64,000 bases of DNA. Source: an uncultured Deinococcaceae bacterium (GTDB lineage: Bacteria > Deinococcota > Deinococci > Deinococcales > Deinococcaceae). The notes beneath the pieces were generated by a model, which saw nothing but the letters and a program-made list of their open reading frames with translations, was not told the origin of the DNA and did no database searches. Below are positions 10,223-20,812 of the stretch, piece by piece (positions within the stretch are counted from its first letter, which is position 1; every line of letters begins with the position of its first letter). Made by a program: the position numbers and the translations under genes. The stretch covers positions 96,001 to 160,000 of the forward strand of contig CAXULY010000006.1 of NCBI GenBank assembly GCA_964252075.1, written 5' to 3'.

Positions 10223-11554
10223 TCAGCGGCCCACTTCGCGGTTGATTTCCGTGACGGCCTTCTTCACTTCGCTGGCGACCGGCGCACCGTTCAGGATGCG
10301 GTCCATCATGCTGGTCAGGATGGTCTCCACAGCGGGGTAGAAGGCGTATTGGCTGCCGTACGGAGGGCGGCCGCTGGTGGCGGAGCGCACGAAAATCTGT
10401 TCCACCGTGGGAATTTTGGCGCCTTTCACGGCGCCGTTCGCGGCGACGCGGTTGCCGCTCACCTCGAGGCCGGTGACGGCCTTGGTGTTCTGGTAGCCAA
10501 GGTCGGTGGCGCGCTCCACGAACTGGCAGGCGGCCTTGAGTTTCGCGGGGTCCTGCTCGACGGCCTTGTTGATGACCCAACCGGATTCGTAGAACACCGT
10601 CTGGTTGTTCTTCTTGGTGGGTTGCGGGAGGATGCCGATGCGGTCCGCTTTGTATTCGCTGTTGGTGAGCAGCCCGACCATCTCCCAGTGGCCGCTCTCG
10701 AACATCGCGAAGTCGCCTTTGAGAAAGCGCTGGTCGAAGCCGAGGGACTGGTTGAGCTGGTCGAGGGTGCTGGGCTTCGGCGCGACGTGGTATTTCACGA
10801 CGAGGTCAGCGAGGAACTGCAGCGCTTCGATGCTGGCGGGGCTGTCCAGGTAGCCGCTGGCGGTCTTGCCGTTCGGTGAGAGGACGTCCCCGCCGTTTTG
10901 CCACAGGTGGTACACCCATTCGAAAGGGTACTTGCGCACGCGGTACCCCCACTGCACGACGTTGTTCGGGTCGAAGGCGGGGTTGGTGGCGTTGCGGCCA
11001 TTCTTGTCGAGGGTGAGGCGCTGCGCGGTCTTCAGCCAGTCGTTCCAGCTCCAGCTGGTTTTGGGCGCTGGCACGCCCGCCTTCTTGAACACGGCGGGGT
11101 TGTAGTACACGACCATGGGGGTGAAGCCGTCCGGCACGCCGTAGAGCTTGCCGCCCTGCTGGTGAATCTTGAGGACATTCGGGAAGAACCGGTTGAGTTT
11201 GAGGCGGGGGGCGAGCGTGAGGCACTGGCGCATGTCGGCGAGGTTGCCGCTCGCGGCGACGCGGGCGAGGCTGGAGCCGTCTTGGTACCAGATGTCGGGG
11301 GCGGTGCCGGCGGCGAGGTCCACGAGCAGCTGCGTGTCGAAGTCAGGTGGCGCCTCCAGGCTCTGGACGGTGAGGCCTGGGACGGCCTTCTGAACGTCGG
11401 TGAGGAACCGCTGCTTGGCCTGGTCGAGGGGACTGCCGATCTCGTTGCCTGAGGACTTGAAGCCAATCACCTTGAGGGTGACGCCCGCTTGGGCGTGGGC
11501 GAGGCCAGCGGCGAGCAGGGCGATCGACAGGGCGTGGGTCAGGGTTCTCGGCAT
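10223..11554 (-). CDS. Sugar ABC transporter substrate-binding protein
   Basis: ATG at 11554 with GGAGG RBS; signal peptide MPRTLTHALSIALLAAGLAHA; AAGTAPDI and YGVPDGFTPMVVYYN motifs. Confidence 0.9.
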   Translation of the reverse strand: MPRTLTHALSIALLAAGLAHAQAGVTLKVIGFKSSGNEIGSPLDQAKQRFLTDVQKAVPGLTVQSLEAPPDFDTQLLVDLAAGTAPDIWYQDGSSLARVAASGNLADMRQCLTLAPRLKLNRFFPNVLKIHQQGGKLYGVPDGFTPMVVYYNPAVFKKAGVPAPKTSWSWNDWLKTAQRLTLDKNGRNATNPAFDPNNVVQWGYRVRKYPFEWVYHLWQNGGDVLSPNGKTASGYLDSPASIEALQFLADLVVKYHVAPKPSTLDQLNQSLGFDQRFLKGDFAMFESGHWEMVGLLTNSEYKADRIGILPQPTKKNNQTVFYESGWVINKAVEQDPAKLKAACQFVERATDLGYQNTKAVTGLEVSGNRVAANGAVKGAKIPTVEQIFVRSATSGRPPYGSQYAFYPAVETILTSMMDRILNGAPVASEVKKAVTEINREVGR

Positions 11555-11594
11555 ACGCGTCCCTCCTGGCGGTGCAGCACCGTATGAAGCTGTA

Positions 11595-11608
11595 AGGCTG
11601 TCTGACCA
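11595..11608. promoter_or_regulatory. Putative GntR/FadR operator (variant copy)
   Basis: Reverse complement TGGTCAGACAGCCT resembles the 14-mer TGGTATGACAGCTT at 11722 and 16214; lies upstream of the ABC operon. Confidence 0.5.
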
Positions 11609-11721
11609 CAATCATTAGCACACGAGGTCATGAAGCGCAAGCAGAAGGCCGGGCTCTGCGCCCCACAGCGGCCTGAGTGCCGCATGACGGCCCCAAACCC
11701 CTGGTGCCCCGCGCCGCGTTA

Positions 11722-11735
11722 TGGTATGACAGCTT
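11722..11735. promoter_or_regulatory. Putative GntR/FadR operator
   Basis: TGGTATGACAGCTT; its exact reverse complement recurs at 16214-16227. Confidence 0.6.
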
Positions 11736-11804
11736 ATCCATGGATGCGTTTTTTCGTGCGCCCACCGGCCCTCACCTGCACACGCGGTCCATGATGGTGC
11801 GGGT

Positions 11805-12515
11805 GTGAAGCCCCTCAAAGCCACCACGCTCTCCAGCAACATCCTGGAAGCGCTCGGCGCTTTCGTCGAGGAGATGCAGCTGAACCCAGGCGACCGCCTC
11901 CCGGCCGAACGCCTGATCGCGGAGCGCCTCGGCGTCTCCCGCCCCATCGTGCGCGAAGCCCTGGGCCGCTGGGCCGCGCTCGGCATTATCGAAACCAAGA
12001 ATGGGCGCGGCACCTTCCTGCGCCAGCACGTCACGGCGGCGACCCGACACGTCGTGCTGAGCATCACCGACGAGCAGGCGCAACTCCTCGAAACCCTCGA
12101 GGTGCGCCTCGCGCTGGAAAGCGAAGCGGCGGCGCTCGCCGCCCGGCGCGCCACGGCCGAACAGGTGGGCGAGTTGTGGCAGCTGCTGGAAGCGGTGGAG
12201 CGCGCCTACGCGGAACGCAACGACGCCCCCGACGAAGACTGGGCGTTCCATCTGGCGGTGTACGAGGCGAGCGGCAACCCCCTGTTCAGCCGCCTGATTC
12301 ACGGCCTCCTGCAGGGCTTCCACCGCTTCTGGGAAAACCCGCTGCACCAGCAGGACTTCGCGCGGCGGGGCCTGCCGTACCACCGCATGCTTGTCGAGCG
12401 GATCGCTGACCGCGACCCGGAAGGGGCGCGCACGGCGGTGCGCCTGATCGTGCAGGTGCTGCGCGAGGACGTGGAGCGCGCCGCCGTCCCCGCACCGCTG
12501 ACCGCCGCGCCATGA
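11805..12515 (+). CDS. GntR/FadR family transcriptional regulator
   Basis: wHTH PGDRLPAERLIAERLGVSRPIVREAL...NGRGTF; FCD domain EVRLALESEAA...DWAFHLAVYEASGNPL. Confidence 0.93.
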   Translation: MKPLKATTLSSNILEALGAFVEEMQLNPGDRLPAERLIAERLGVSRPIVREALGRWAALGIIETKNGRGTFLRQHVTAATRHVVLSITDEQAQLLETLEVRLALESEAAALAARRATAEQVGELWQLLEAVERAYAERNDAPDEDWAFHLAVYEASGNPLFSRLIHGLLQGFHRFWENPLHQQDFARRGLPYHRMLVERIADRDPEGARTAVRLIVQVLREDVERAAVPAPLTAAP

Positions 12516-12522
12516 CGCGCCC

Positions 12523-13581
12523 TCAGGTCACCTCCAGCGCGTCCGGCTGAAGTTCACCCTGGCCCTCATGGCCGGGCGCGTCCAGGTAGAACCAGCAGGT
12601 GGACGCGAGGTCGTCCTGGCGCGGCAGGTACCGACCGTCCGATCGCCATCCCAGCGCCTGCACCTCCACCCGCAGCGCCTGGTGAAACACCACCGGGTCC
12701 GGCAGGTGAAAGCGGTACAGGCCGAAGCGGGTGTTGGCGCGGTACAGGCCGTCCGGGCGAATAACCTGCGCGAGGCCCGCGTACGGCGCGCAGAAAGGGC
12801 GGTACCCTTCGCCCGGCACCTCGAAGTTCCAGGCGCCGCCAAAGTAATCCTCGGTGCCCGTCCCGCAGATGGTGGGGAAGTCCTCGTCCGCGTCCAGGTA
12901 GAACTTCACCTCGCCTTCGCCCCACCAGCCGCCCGCATTCACGCCCCACGCCAGGTAGGTGCCGACGTACTACCCGTGTCCCCGCACGGTCTCGAGCATG
13001 CGGTGCGGCCCGCCCGGCGCGGTGGGGTTCGAGCGGTGCCACTGCGCGTGCAGGTACAGGGCGTCCTGCGGGACCGCCTCAAGGGTGTAGTCCAGCTGGT
13101 AGTAAAACGGCACGGGCAGGTGCCCGACGTGCCGCACCGCGACGTGCGCCCGGCGGCGAAACGGCATGGGGAAGTACAGGTTGAAGCCGCCGTGCGGCGC
13201 AGCCAGCACCGGCTCCGACAGGACGGGCGCGTAGACCCCCCACCCGTTGCAGAACAGGTCACCCAGCGGCACCTCCACCGCCAGGTGCGGCGCGTCATCC
13301 CAGCGGACGCACAGGATCAGCTGCCGCCACGCCCGCGCGTCGGTGGTGCACCACAGGTGGCGCAGCACCCCCGGGCCCTCGATGTCCGCGAGCAGTTGCG
13401 TCTCACCCGGCTGTAACTGCACGCTCGGGCTGACCTTCCAGCCGACACCCAGGTCGCGTGCGGCGTGCGCCCCCGTGCCGGTCGCTGCGCGCGCTCCGCC
13501 GCCAGGCGCGCCCGTCGGGTTTTCCGCGCTGATCGAGCGGCTGAACGCCACGCTGCGCCGGCAGTAGCTGGGCAGCGTCAC
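12523..13581 (-). pseudogene. DUF2961 / GH172 glycoside hydrolase interrupted by a single in-frame TAG (12970-12972)
   Basis: SRSISAENPTG...GWKVSP...LYFPMPF...RGHG*YVGTYLAWGVNAGGWWGEGEVKFYLD...TICGTGTEDYFGGAWNF; both halves are in the same frame. Confidence 0.8.
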
Positions 13582-16193
13582 GCGCCCCACCCCCGCTTCG
13601 CCGTGGTCGCTTCGCCCACCCCTGCGGCATGCAGGTGCGTGAGGAACCGCGCGAGCAGCTGCTGCCCGACCTGGTTGCGCGCGAAGGCCGGTTGATCACC
13701 CAGGCCGCCCGCGAGGCGCAAGGTGGTGTGCAGCAGACATCCCGCCCCACATCTCGACAGGTGTGCGTAGGACGACACCCGCATGGTGCGCGCGTCCATT
13801 CGCGTCATGATGGCCTCCGCGCCCGCCGGGCGCTCCACGGATAGGTCCGGCGTGACCGCCACGAACTGCGTGTCCGGGTGCCCGTCCTGTGGGAAGTCAC
13901 CCCAGCACGGGTGAGGTTCCAGCAGCGTGACCGCCTCACGCCAGTACGGGTCCTCGAAGGTGCGCTGCGGTCCATGCGGGGTGGTCTGCACGAGCAGCAC
14001 CCGGTGCCCACCGTGCAGCGCGGCGCGCGTCACGTCATCCCACAGGGTGGACACCCACAGCGGGTGTTCGGGGGGCGCTGGGAAGGCGTCCACCGTCCCG
14101 AACGCGCCCAGCGGGTCGTGCAGGTGCGCGTCCGGGCGCCGCGCGGGGGGGTACAGCCAATGCGCCCAGGTGTTGCGGCGCTCACCGTCCGACACCTCCA
14201 GTTCCAGCCGGCCAGGGCGCGTGACGGGCGGCAGCAACGCCTCGAACACCGCGACTTCCCGCGGGTCTCCGGCGCCCACCTCCGCCCACGCATGATCCTC
14301 GCGCAGCACCACGCCGTCCAGGCGCAAGGTGACGCGCAGGGTCGCGCGGTACGCGCTGGGACCGGCGTGCGCCACAATCACGTGCGCGCGAAACGTGCCG
14401 CCCGCGAGGTGATTGAAGACGTCCGTGTACGCCGCGCGGTCGCCGCCCCGCACCCACGCGCGGCGCTTCGTGAACCCGCACAGAAACACGGTGTCGGCAT
14501 TGAAGGCGCGGAACCGCTCGGCGTCGAAGCGCGCCTCGCCCGTGTCGGTGAACATTCCAGAAGTGCTGATGGGCGTGTCCACCAGACCCGTGATGGTGTA
14601 CCCGCTGGCCTCACCCCGCGCCCGCACCGCCTCGAGGGTGAGCTTGCGGTGCAGCAAGCTGTGCGCGGCGCTCGCGGCGTGCAGGTCCTGCGCGCGCGTC
14701 GCGAGCGCACCTTCGGAAAAGCGCGTCTCGTGCTCATGCACGTCCATCTGCCAGCGGGCGCCCTGCGGGTTGACCTGGGGGTCCGCGCTGAGCCACCAAG
14801 GCCGACCGAGCGCCTCCCCCACCGCGCGCGCGTCGCGGAAGGCGTCGCTGTCGCAGAATTCCCCAAAGAGCCATGGCGCCGGCGGGCGCCAGCGCGGCGC
14901 GAAGTGGTCCAGCAGCGGGCCGAAGGTGGGCGCCTCGCAGTAGAAGTGGTGGTCGTAGAACTCGGCGTGCTCGTCCAGCAGCCCACCGTATGCCTCCCCT
15001 CCCCCGCTGTTGTCGCGCAGCAGCACCTCCGGCATGCGCAGGCGCGCGTCCTCGTACAGCTCGCCGAGGAACGCCCGGTCCGCCTCGGCGTTCAGTTCGC
15101 ACCCGAGCGTCACGAGGACCACGCTCGGGTGGTGCGCCAGCTGCTCCAGGATGCGGCGGTCCTCCAACCGCATCTGCTGCCGCACCTCGGGGGTGAGGCG
15201 CGGCAGCCACATGGGCAGCTCCAGCCACAGGAACAGGCCGAGCTCGTCCGCGAGGTCGAAGTACGCGTCGGGCGGCACCCACAGGCACAGCTTCACGCCG
15301 TTGAAGCCCAGCGCCCGCACGCGCAGCAGTTCCTCACGGAAGGCCTGCGGGCCGGGGTTGCTGTGCAGGCAATGCGGGTACCAGCCCCAGGACAGCACGA
15401 AGCGCGGGAACACCACTTCACCGTCCAGCAGGAGCCGCGCGCCGTCGGCGCGCAGCGCCCGGAAGGCGAACGGCTGCTCGAAGGTGTCCTCGCCGTCACG
15501 CACCTGAACCGTGTACCGCCGCGGCTGGGCGGGCGACCAGCGCTGGGGGAGCGCGACCCGCCCGTCCAGCACGCCGCGCCCCTTGAGCACCTCCCGCTGC
15601 TCCGGGTCCAGGACGCGCACCTCGGCGGCGTCGGGCACGCCCGAGACGCGCACGGTGCCGTCCGTGCGGGCGTCAACCCGCAGGTGCGCTGGGTACGGCG
15701 CGGGCGTGCGCAGCAGCCACACGTCCTGCCACAGGCCGCCGAAGATGTCCCCCCACACGTACGGCAGAAACCCGGCCAGTGTGGTGCGCAGTGGGTACGG
15801 ACCTGGCCGGTGCGGGCTGTCCGGACCGGCCGTCAGCGGCGCGGGACGGGTGACGGCGACCTCCAGCAGGTTGGCGCGCGCGCGCGCGTGACCGGTGACC
15901 TCAAGCGTGAAGGCGTCCCACACGCCGGTGTGCGCGCCGACCGGCGTTCCGTTCAGGTGGACCTCGCAGGCGAAGCTCACGCCGGCGAAATGCAGCGTGA
16001 CATGCTCCCTGGCCGAAAGGTCCGGCAGGTCAAAAGTGATGCGATACAAGACGGGACCCTGCTCGAAGCGGTCGTCCAGGTCATGTTGCATGCAGCCCGG
16101 CACGTGGACGGGGCGGGCGCGGCGCCCTGGTGCCTGCACGGTCCAGCCGTGCCGCAGGGGCGAGGGGGGGTGGGTCACCGACCGTACACGCAT
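13578..16193 (-). CDS. Glycoside hydrolase family 2-like protein
   Basis: Sugar-binding domain (LHFAGVSFACEVHLNG...HTGVWDAF) and TIM barrel (ALGFNGVKLCLWVPP...DELGLFLWLELP, HHPSVVLVTLGCEL, WLFGEF). AGGAGG RBS. Confidence 0.82.
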   Translation of the reverse strand: MRVRSVTHPPSPLRHGWTVQAPGRRARPVHVPGCMQHDLDDRFEQGPVLYRITFDLPDLSAREHVTLHFAGVSFACEVHLNGTPVGAHTGVWDAFTLEVTGHARARANLLEVAVTRPAPLTAGPDSPHRPGPYPLRTTLAGFLPYVWGDIFGGLWQDVWLLRTPAPYPAHLRVDARTDGTVRVSGVPDAAEVRVLDPEQREVLKGRGVLDGRVALPQRWSPAQPRRYTVQVRDGEDTFEQPFAFRALRADGARLLLDGEVVFPRFVLSWGWYPHCLHSNPGPQAFREELLRVRALGFNGVKLCLWVPPDAYFDLADELGLFLWLELPMWLPRLTPEVRQQMRLEDRRILEQLAHHPSVVLVTLGCELNAEADRAFLGELYEDARLRMPEVLLRDNSGGGEAYGGLLDEHAEFYDHHFYCEAPTFGPLLDHFAPRWRPPAPWLFGEFCDSDAFRDARAVGEALGRPWWLSADPQVNPQGARWQMDVHEHETRFSEGALATRAQDLHAASAAHSLLHRKLTLEAVRARGEASGYTITGLVDTPISTSGMFTDTGEARFDAERFRAFNADTVFLCGFTKRRAWVRGGDRAAYTDVFNHLAGGTFRAHVIVAHAGPSAYRATLRVTLRLDGVVLREDHAWAEVGAGDPREVAVFEALLPPVTRPGRLELEVSDGERRNTWAHWLYPPARRPDAHLHDPLGAFGTVDAFPAPPEHPLWVSTLWDDVTRAALHGGHRVLLVQTTPHGPQRTFEDPYWREAVTLLEPHPCWGDFPQDGHPDTQFVAVTPDLSVERPAGAEAIMTRMDARTMRVSSYAHLSRCGAGCLLHTTLRLAGGLGDQPAFARNQVGQQLLARFLTHLHAAGVGEATTAKRGWGA

Positions 16194-16213
16194 GAGGCCT
16201 CCTGGTTATGGTA

Positions 16214-16227
16214 AAGCTGTCATACCA
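16214..16227. promoter_or_regulatory. Putative GntR/FadR operator in the divergent GH2/oxidoreductase promoter
   Basis: AAGCTGTCATACCA is the exact reverse complement of 11722-11735. Confidence 0.6.
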
Positions 16228-16249
16228 CACCTGCTGTTGGAGGTTCCAC

Positions 16250-17377
16250 ATGAGTGACCCTGTCCCCCTCCGCTTCGGCATCCTCGGCCTGCACGAAGGG
16301 CGCACCCTGCTGCGCACCCTCGGCGAGACGGACGCTGGAAGCGTCCACCCTGAACCCCTGCAGCGCGTTCAGGAAGCGGTCGTCACCTGGGCCTGCGACC
16401 TTCGACCGGAGGTGCTGGAGGCCTGCCGTGCGCTGCGCCCCGACGTGCGCTACACCACCGACCCAGAGCGCCTCTTCAACGCCGAGGACGTGGACGTCAT
16501 CGCCATCTACACGCCGGATGCGCTGCACGCCCAGCACATCGTGCAGGCCATGCACGCCGGCAAGCACGTGCTGGTCACCAAGCCCCTCGTCACCCGACTC
16601 GAGGACGCCCGCGCGGTCCTGCACGCCGCGCGCCGCACCGGTCGGCGCCTCATGGTCGGGCAGAGCACCCGCTTCTTCGAGCCGTTCATGCGCCAGCGCG
16701 CCGCCTACGAACGAGGCGAAATGGGCCGAATCGAACTGCTCGACGCGCACTACACCCACCGCATGGACTGGTACTACACCAAAAGCCCCTGGGCGGCCCA
16801 CGACACCGACTGGGCGTTCCTGGGCCTCAGCCATCCCGTGGACCTCGCCACGTGGTACCTCGGCACCATTCACACGGTCTAGGCGTTCGGCGCGCGGTCC
16901 GCCCTCGCCCAGCGGCACGGCTGCCCAGGCTTTGACATTTACACCGCGCAACTGCGCGCCGCGGATGGTCGCGTCGCGCGCGTCATGGGGCACTACGGCC
17001 TGCACGAGCTGCCAAGCGCCCGCAACGCCATCGAACTGATGCTGTACGGCAGTGACGGCAGCAGCCTCGCGCAGTACCACGACATGCGCTACCTGCACAC
17101 CGCCCCGGACGGCACCGAAGTGATGGAGGACAGCCTGTACGCCCAGCGGGCGTACTACTTCAACAATGAGGTGCACGGCATGCACTACGGAGAATTCGCG
17201 AACTACACCCGTCACTTCGCGCGCGCCCTGCGCACAGGGGAACCCCACCAGCCGGACCTCACGCACGCCCTCCTGACCTTCGCCGTGATGCTCGCCATTC
17301 GGGACTCCGCACAACACGATGGCGCGTCACGCGAACCTCAGCGCTACCTCGAACAGATGGAGCCAGACTGGCGCTGA
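16250..17377 (+). pseudogene. Gfo/Idh/MocA oxidoreductase interrupted by a single in-frame TAG (16880-16882)
   Basis: LRFGILGL..., IYTPDALHAQHIVQAMHAGKHVLVTKP, SHPVDL. The frame continues past the TAG (HTV*AFGARSALAQRHG...) into ORF 16985..17377. Confidence 0.8.
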
Positions 17378-17907
17378 ACACCCACGACGCGCCGTGATGA
17401 GCGGGTTCAGGAGAACACCCCGCTGTTCGAAGCTCAAGGGCGCGCCCGGAGTCATCGCAGCTGTTGCCGCCACGATGCGCTCGTTCGGATCATCCAAGCG
17501 GGCGATGCCAGACCGAGGCAGGGCGCCGGGAACTGGCCCATCACCGCCCCGCCCAGCTCAACAGACCGGGCAGGAGCAGTAGAGCGCCAGCGCCCGAAAC
17601 CCCATGAACCGAGGCCGTCAGGGCTGCACCGGCACGCGTCGCACCGGTCTCGCCCGCTGACCACCAGAATGAAGCAGTGGCGCGGTCACGACTCAACCTC
17701 ATGCTGCACCGCTGGCCGCACGGCACCCCCAGCACCTGGGCCTGCACAGGCGACTGCAGGCGTTCACCCACGTGATGCCCATCCGTCGGCACCCGCCGCC
17801 GCCCGGACGTGACACGGAGGCGGGGCTCCGCGTGTTATGTCTGAAGCGCGTCGTTGCCCCCTTCCCGAACCGTCACGGGGCCAGCCCCCGCCCACCTGGA
17901 GTTGCCC

Positions 17908-18792
17908 ATGTCCATCACCCAATTCGTTCACCTCAGCGACCTGCACGTCATCGACCCCAGCACCCCCGACGCGCACCTGTACAGCGACACCACCGAGACC
18001 TTGCGGCTCGTGCAGGCCCGCATCGCCACGCTCGACCCCCGCCCGGACTTCATCGTGATCAGCGGCGACCTCACCAACCGCGGCACCCCGCAGGACTTCG
18101 CCGCCGTCCGGGCCCTGCTGCAGGGTTTCGAGGTGCCGGTGCTGCTGGCGCTCGGCAACCACGACACCCGCCCGGCCTTCTACCGCACCATCCTGGATGA
18201 CCCCAGCCGCACGGACGAGCCGTACTTTCACGCCGACGTCATGGGCGGCCTGCACGTCATCACCCTGGACTCCAGCATGCCGGGCGCCGTGACGGGCAAC
18301 CTGGAGCCCGAGCAGCGCGCGTGGTTCGCGGCGGAACTCCTCGCGCACCCGGACCTCCCGAAACTCATCGTGGTGCACCACCCGCCCGGCGATCAGCACG
18401 TGCCGGTCTTCGATCACATCAACTGGCTGCCCGAGGACCGCGCGCATGTCGGTGAGGCGCTGCGCACCGCGGTCGGCGCGGGCGCCCGCGTCGTGGGCGT
18501 CCTGAGCGGCCACGTGCATTACGACCAGTTCTCCGTGTGGAACGGCGTGCCGTGCCTGATCAGCGCCGGGCTGTACAACCAGACGGACACCCTGGAGCGC
18601 GACGGCGTGCGCGCGCTCAGGGGCGGCAGCTTCAACGTGTGCCGCGTGCGCGACGGCGAGCTGACCAGCTTCACGGTGCCCCTGCCTACGGACGGCCAAG
18701 CGCTGTACCACGTGACCAGCGCGGAGCTGCTGCGCTCACTTGCCCCCTCTGAAGGGGACCACGCCGAGGCCAAGATAGAACCGCTGGTGTAA
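17908..18792 (+). CDS. Calcineurin-like metallophosphoesterase (Icc/CpdA/GpdQ-like)
   Basis: Motifs SDLH, SGDL, GNHD, HHPP, SGHVH. Confidence 0.88.
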   Translation: MSITQFVHLSDLHVIDPSTPDAHLYSDTTETLRLVQARIATLDPRPDFIVISGDLTNRGTPQDFAAVRALLQGFEVPVLLALGNHDTRPAFYRTILDDPSRTDEPYFHADVMGGLHVITLDSSMPGAVTGNLEPEQRAWFAAELLAHPDLPKLIVVHHPPGDQHVPVFDHINWLPEDRAHVGEALRTAVGAGARVVGVLSGHVHYDQFSVWNGVPCLISAGLYNQTDTLERDGVRALRGGSFNVCRVRDGELTSFTVPLPTDGQALYHVTSAELLRSLAPSEGDHAEAKIEPLV

Positions 18793-19632
18793 GGGCGGAG
18801 GAGCGCATTTGGCGGTCGTCCCTGAGGCGCCACCACCGGCCCGACTTCACCCGTCACGCTTTAAAGACCCTGGGCGGGACGTGCACCCGGACGACGAACC
18901 ACCGTGGAACCTAGGGCATCAACAGGTACATCAGGCCCAGCACGCCCAAGGTGGTCACGCGCAACAGCAAGGCGCTCCAGCAGAAACGCATCAATCAGCA
19001 GGTTGACCGTAGGGCGGCAGGATGCTGAGTGTCTGCTGGGCGCGCAATGGGCTTCCGAAGGGGGGCGTTGTGAACCAGGGTGCCTATTCCGTCTGGTCGT
19101 CGTGGCGGGGCAGGGCGATCAGACGGCGCTTCAATCGGCCCGTTGGGGGCGCTGCTCCCACCGCTGGTCCTGCTGGTCACGGGCCGTGCCCACGGTCAGC
19201 ACGTCCTCACCGGAGTCTACCGAGGCCGGGCGGGTCAGGTCGGCCGCAGGGTGACCGTCGCAAGCGCGCGGCGGCACGACGGCTGCGCGTCACCCACCGT
19301 CCGGAGTGCAGCGCCTGCCTGGGCCGGTCGCGGCAGGCGGTCGCCCCGGTGACGGGCTCACCCTGCGGGATTCGGGGCCACACCGGAGAGGCCGTGAGGC
19401 GCCACCGTTTTCCTGGCGGCGGGGGACCGCCGGATTGATGGTGGGTAGGCACATCGGGCGCCTGGTGGTGCGGGCGACCCATCCATTCCCTGCCGTGCTG
19501 TTCCATGTAGCGCCCACCGCAGGGCCGGGGTGATGTGGTGTGCCAGGTGGGACTGGACCGCGGGTTCCGCTGTGCCAGCAGGCCGTTCGAGCATGGGCGC
19601 CGCACGGCCACCGCTCGGGTCGGACGCCCGCC

Positions 19633-20583
19633 TCACTCCAGCAGCCGCCGCGCCGTCGCCAGGAAGGGAGCGCCCAGGGGCGCCAGCCCGTGGTGCATCA
19701 GGTACAGCCCAGTCGAGACGCGCTCCAGGTACCCCCACTGCCAGATCGCGTCGGCGTCGGTGCCCGTCTCCCGCGCGAGTTGCGCGCACCACCCCTGCAC
19801 CTCGGCGGGCGCGTCACCCACGCCCTCCAGGAGGGTATTCCACTCCCGGATGGCCACGCCCAGGTCGTACTCCGGCTCGCACAGGAAGCCCTCGGGGTCC
19901 ACGAAGACGTACCCCAGGTCCGCGCCGGACCGCGGTCGTTCAACGCGCAGCAGGTTGACGGCGTGTGCGTCGCCGTGCACCACCACCTGGCGGCGGGCGT
20001 CGCGCGCCGCGAAGCGCTCCCGCGCGTACAGGAGGGCCTGCGCCACCACCGCCGCTGGGGCCGCGTCGGGGTGCTCGGCGGCAAGTTGGGACACCAGGGC
20101 GGACAGCCCCGCCGCCTGGTGCTCCGCGGCACCCCGCGCGGCCGTCAGGCCCCCTCGCGGGACTTCCCAGGCGAGTGCCAGCGCGCCCGACAGCCGGGTC
20201 AGCACATCCGGCACCCGGTCGAGGGACGCTTCGGCGGACGGCCCGAGCGCCTCCATCAGCAGCGCCCCGCGGGTCAGGTCGTGGGCCAGCACCTGAACGT
20301 AACCCCGGCCGCGCGCCGCCAGTAGGACCGCGAGCTGGGTGGTGAGGCTCGGTTCCGGCAACGCGACTTTCAGGACCGCGGGTTGTCCCGCTCGGGTGGT
20401 GACGCGGCAGACATAGGAGCGGCTCCCGCCGGTCAGCCGATCGCCGCGCTCGAGGCCCCACTCGCGGCACAGCTGAGGCACCAGGGTGGGCAGCGTCGCC
20501 AGCCACCGGCGGCCGACACCCCCCTGGTGTTCCGCAAAGGTCTGCACCTGCGGCTGAACGGTGATGGGTTCTCGCGCGGCCAT
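19633..20583 (-). CDS. Aminoglycoside/hydroxyurea phosphotransferase (APH(6)-like kinase)
   Basis: WLATLPTLV, AVLKV, ALLMEALGP, HGDAHAVNLL, VDPEG...EPEYDLG. TAAGGT -10 lies 7 nt before ATG 20583. Confidence 0.82.
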   Translation of the reverse strand: MAAREPITVQPQVQTFAEHQGGVGRRWLATLPTLVPQLCREWGLERGDRLTGGSRSYVCRVTTRAGQPAVLKVALPEPSLTTQLAVLLAARGRGYVQVLAHDLTRGALLMEALGPSAEASLDRVPDVLTRLSGALALAWEVPRGGLTAARGAAEHQAAGLSALVSQLAAEHPDAAPAAVVAQALLYARERFAARDARRQVVVHGDAHAVNLLRVERPRSGADLGYVFVDPEGFLCEPEYDLGVAIREWNTLLEGVGDAPAEVQGWCAQLARETGTDADAIWQWGYLERVSTGLYLMHHGLAPLGAPFLATARRLLE

Positions 20584-20812
20584 GACGCCGACCTTACCAC
20601 TCGTTTGATGTCGTCGTGGTCTTCGAAGGACTGCCCGCCCCGGGCTTGACCAGAGGGGACGATGTGGTCGGGCGTGATGGCCCGCGGACTGGGGGCGCTT
20701 CAAGGCTTGCTGAGTGCGTGTGGTCACGCTGGTGGCGCCACTCCCGGTACCCAGGCGCCCCTATTCAACGATCAGGGCGCTGCAGCAACGCAGCGCCCTG
20801 ATCGCCGGGGGT

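Noticed and set aside
18850..19000. Minus-strand hydrophobic fragment (...TTLGVLGLMYLLMP*VPRWF) resembling a membrane-protein remnant
   Set aside because: Too short and degraded to assign.
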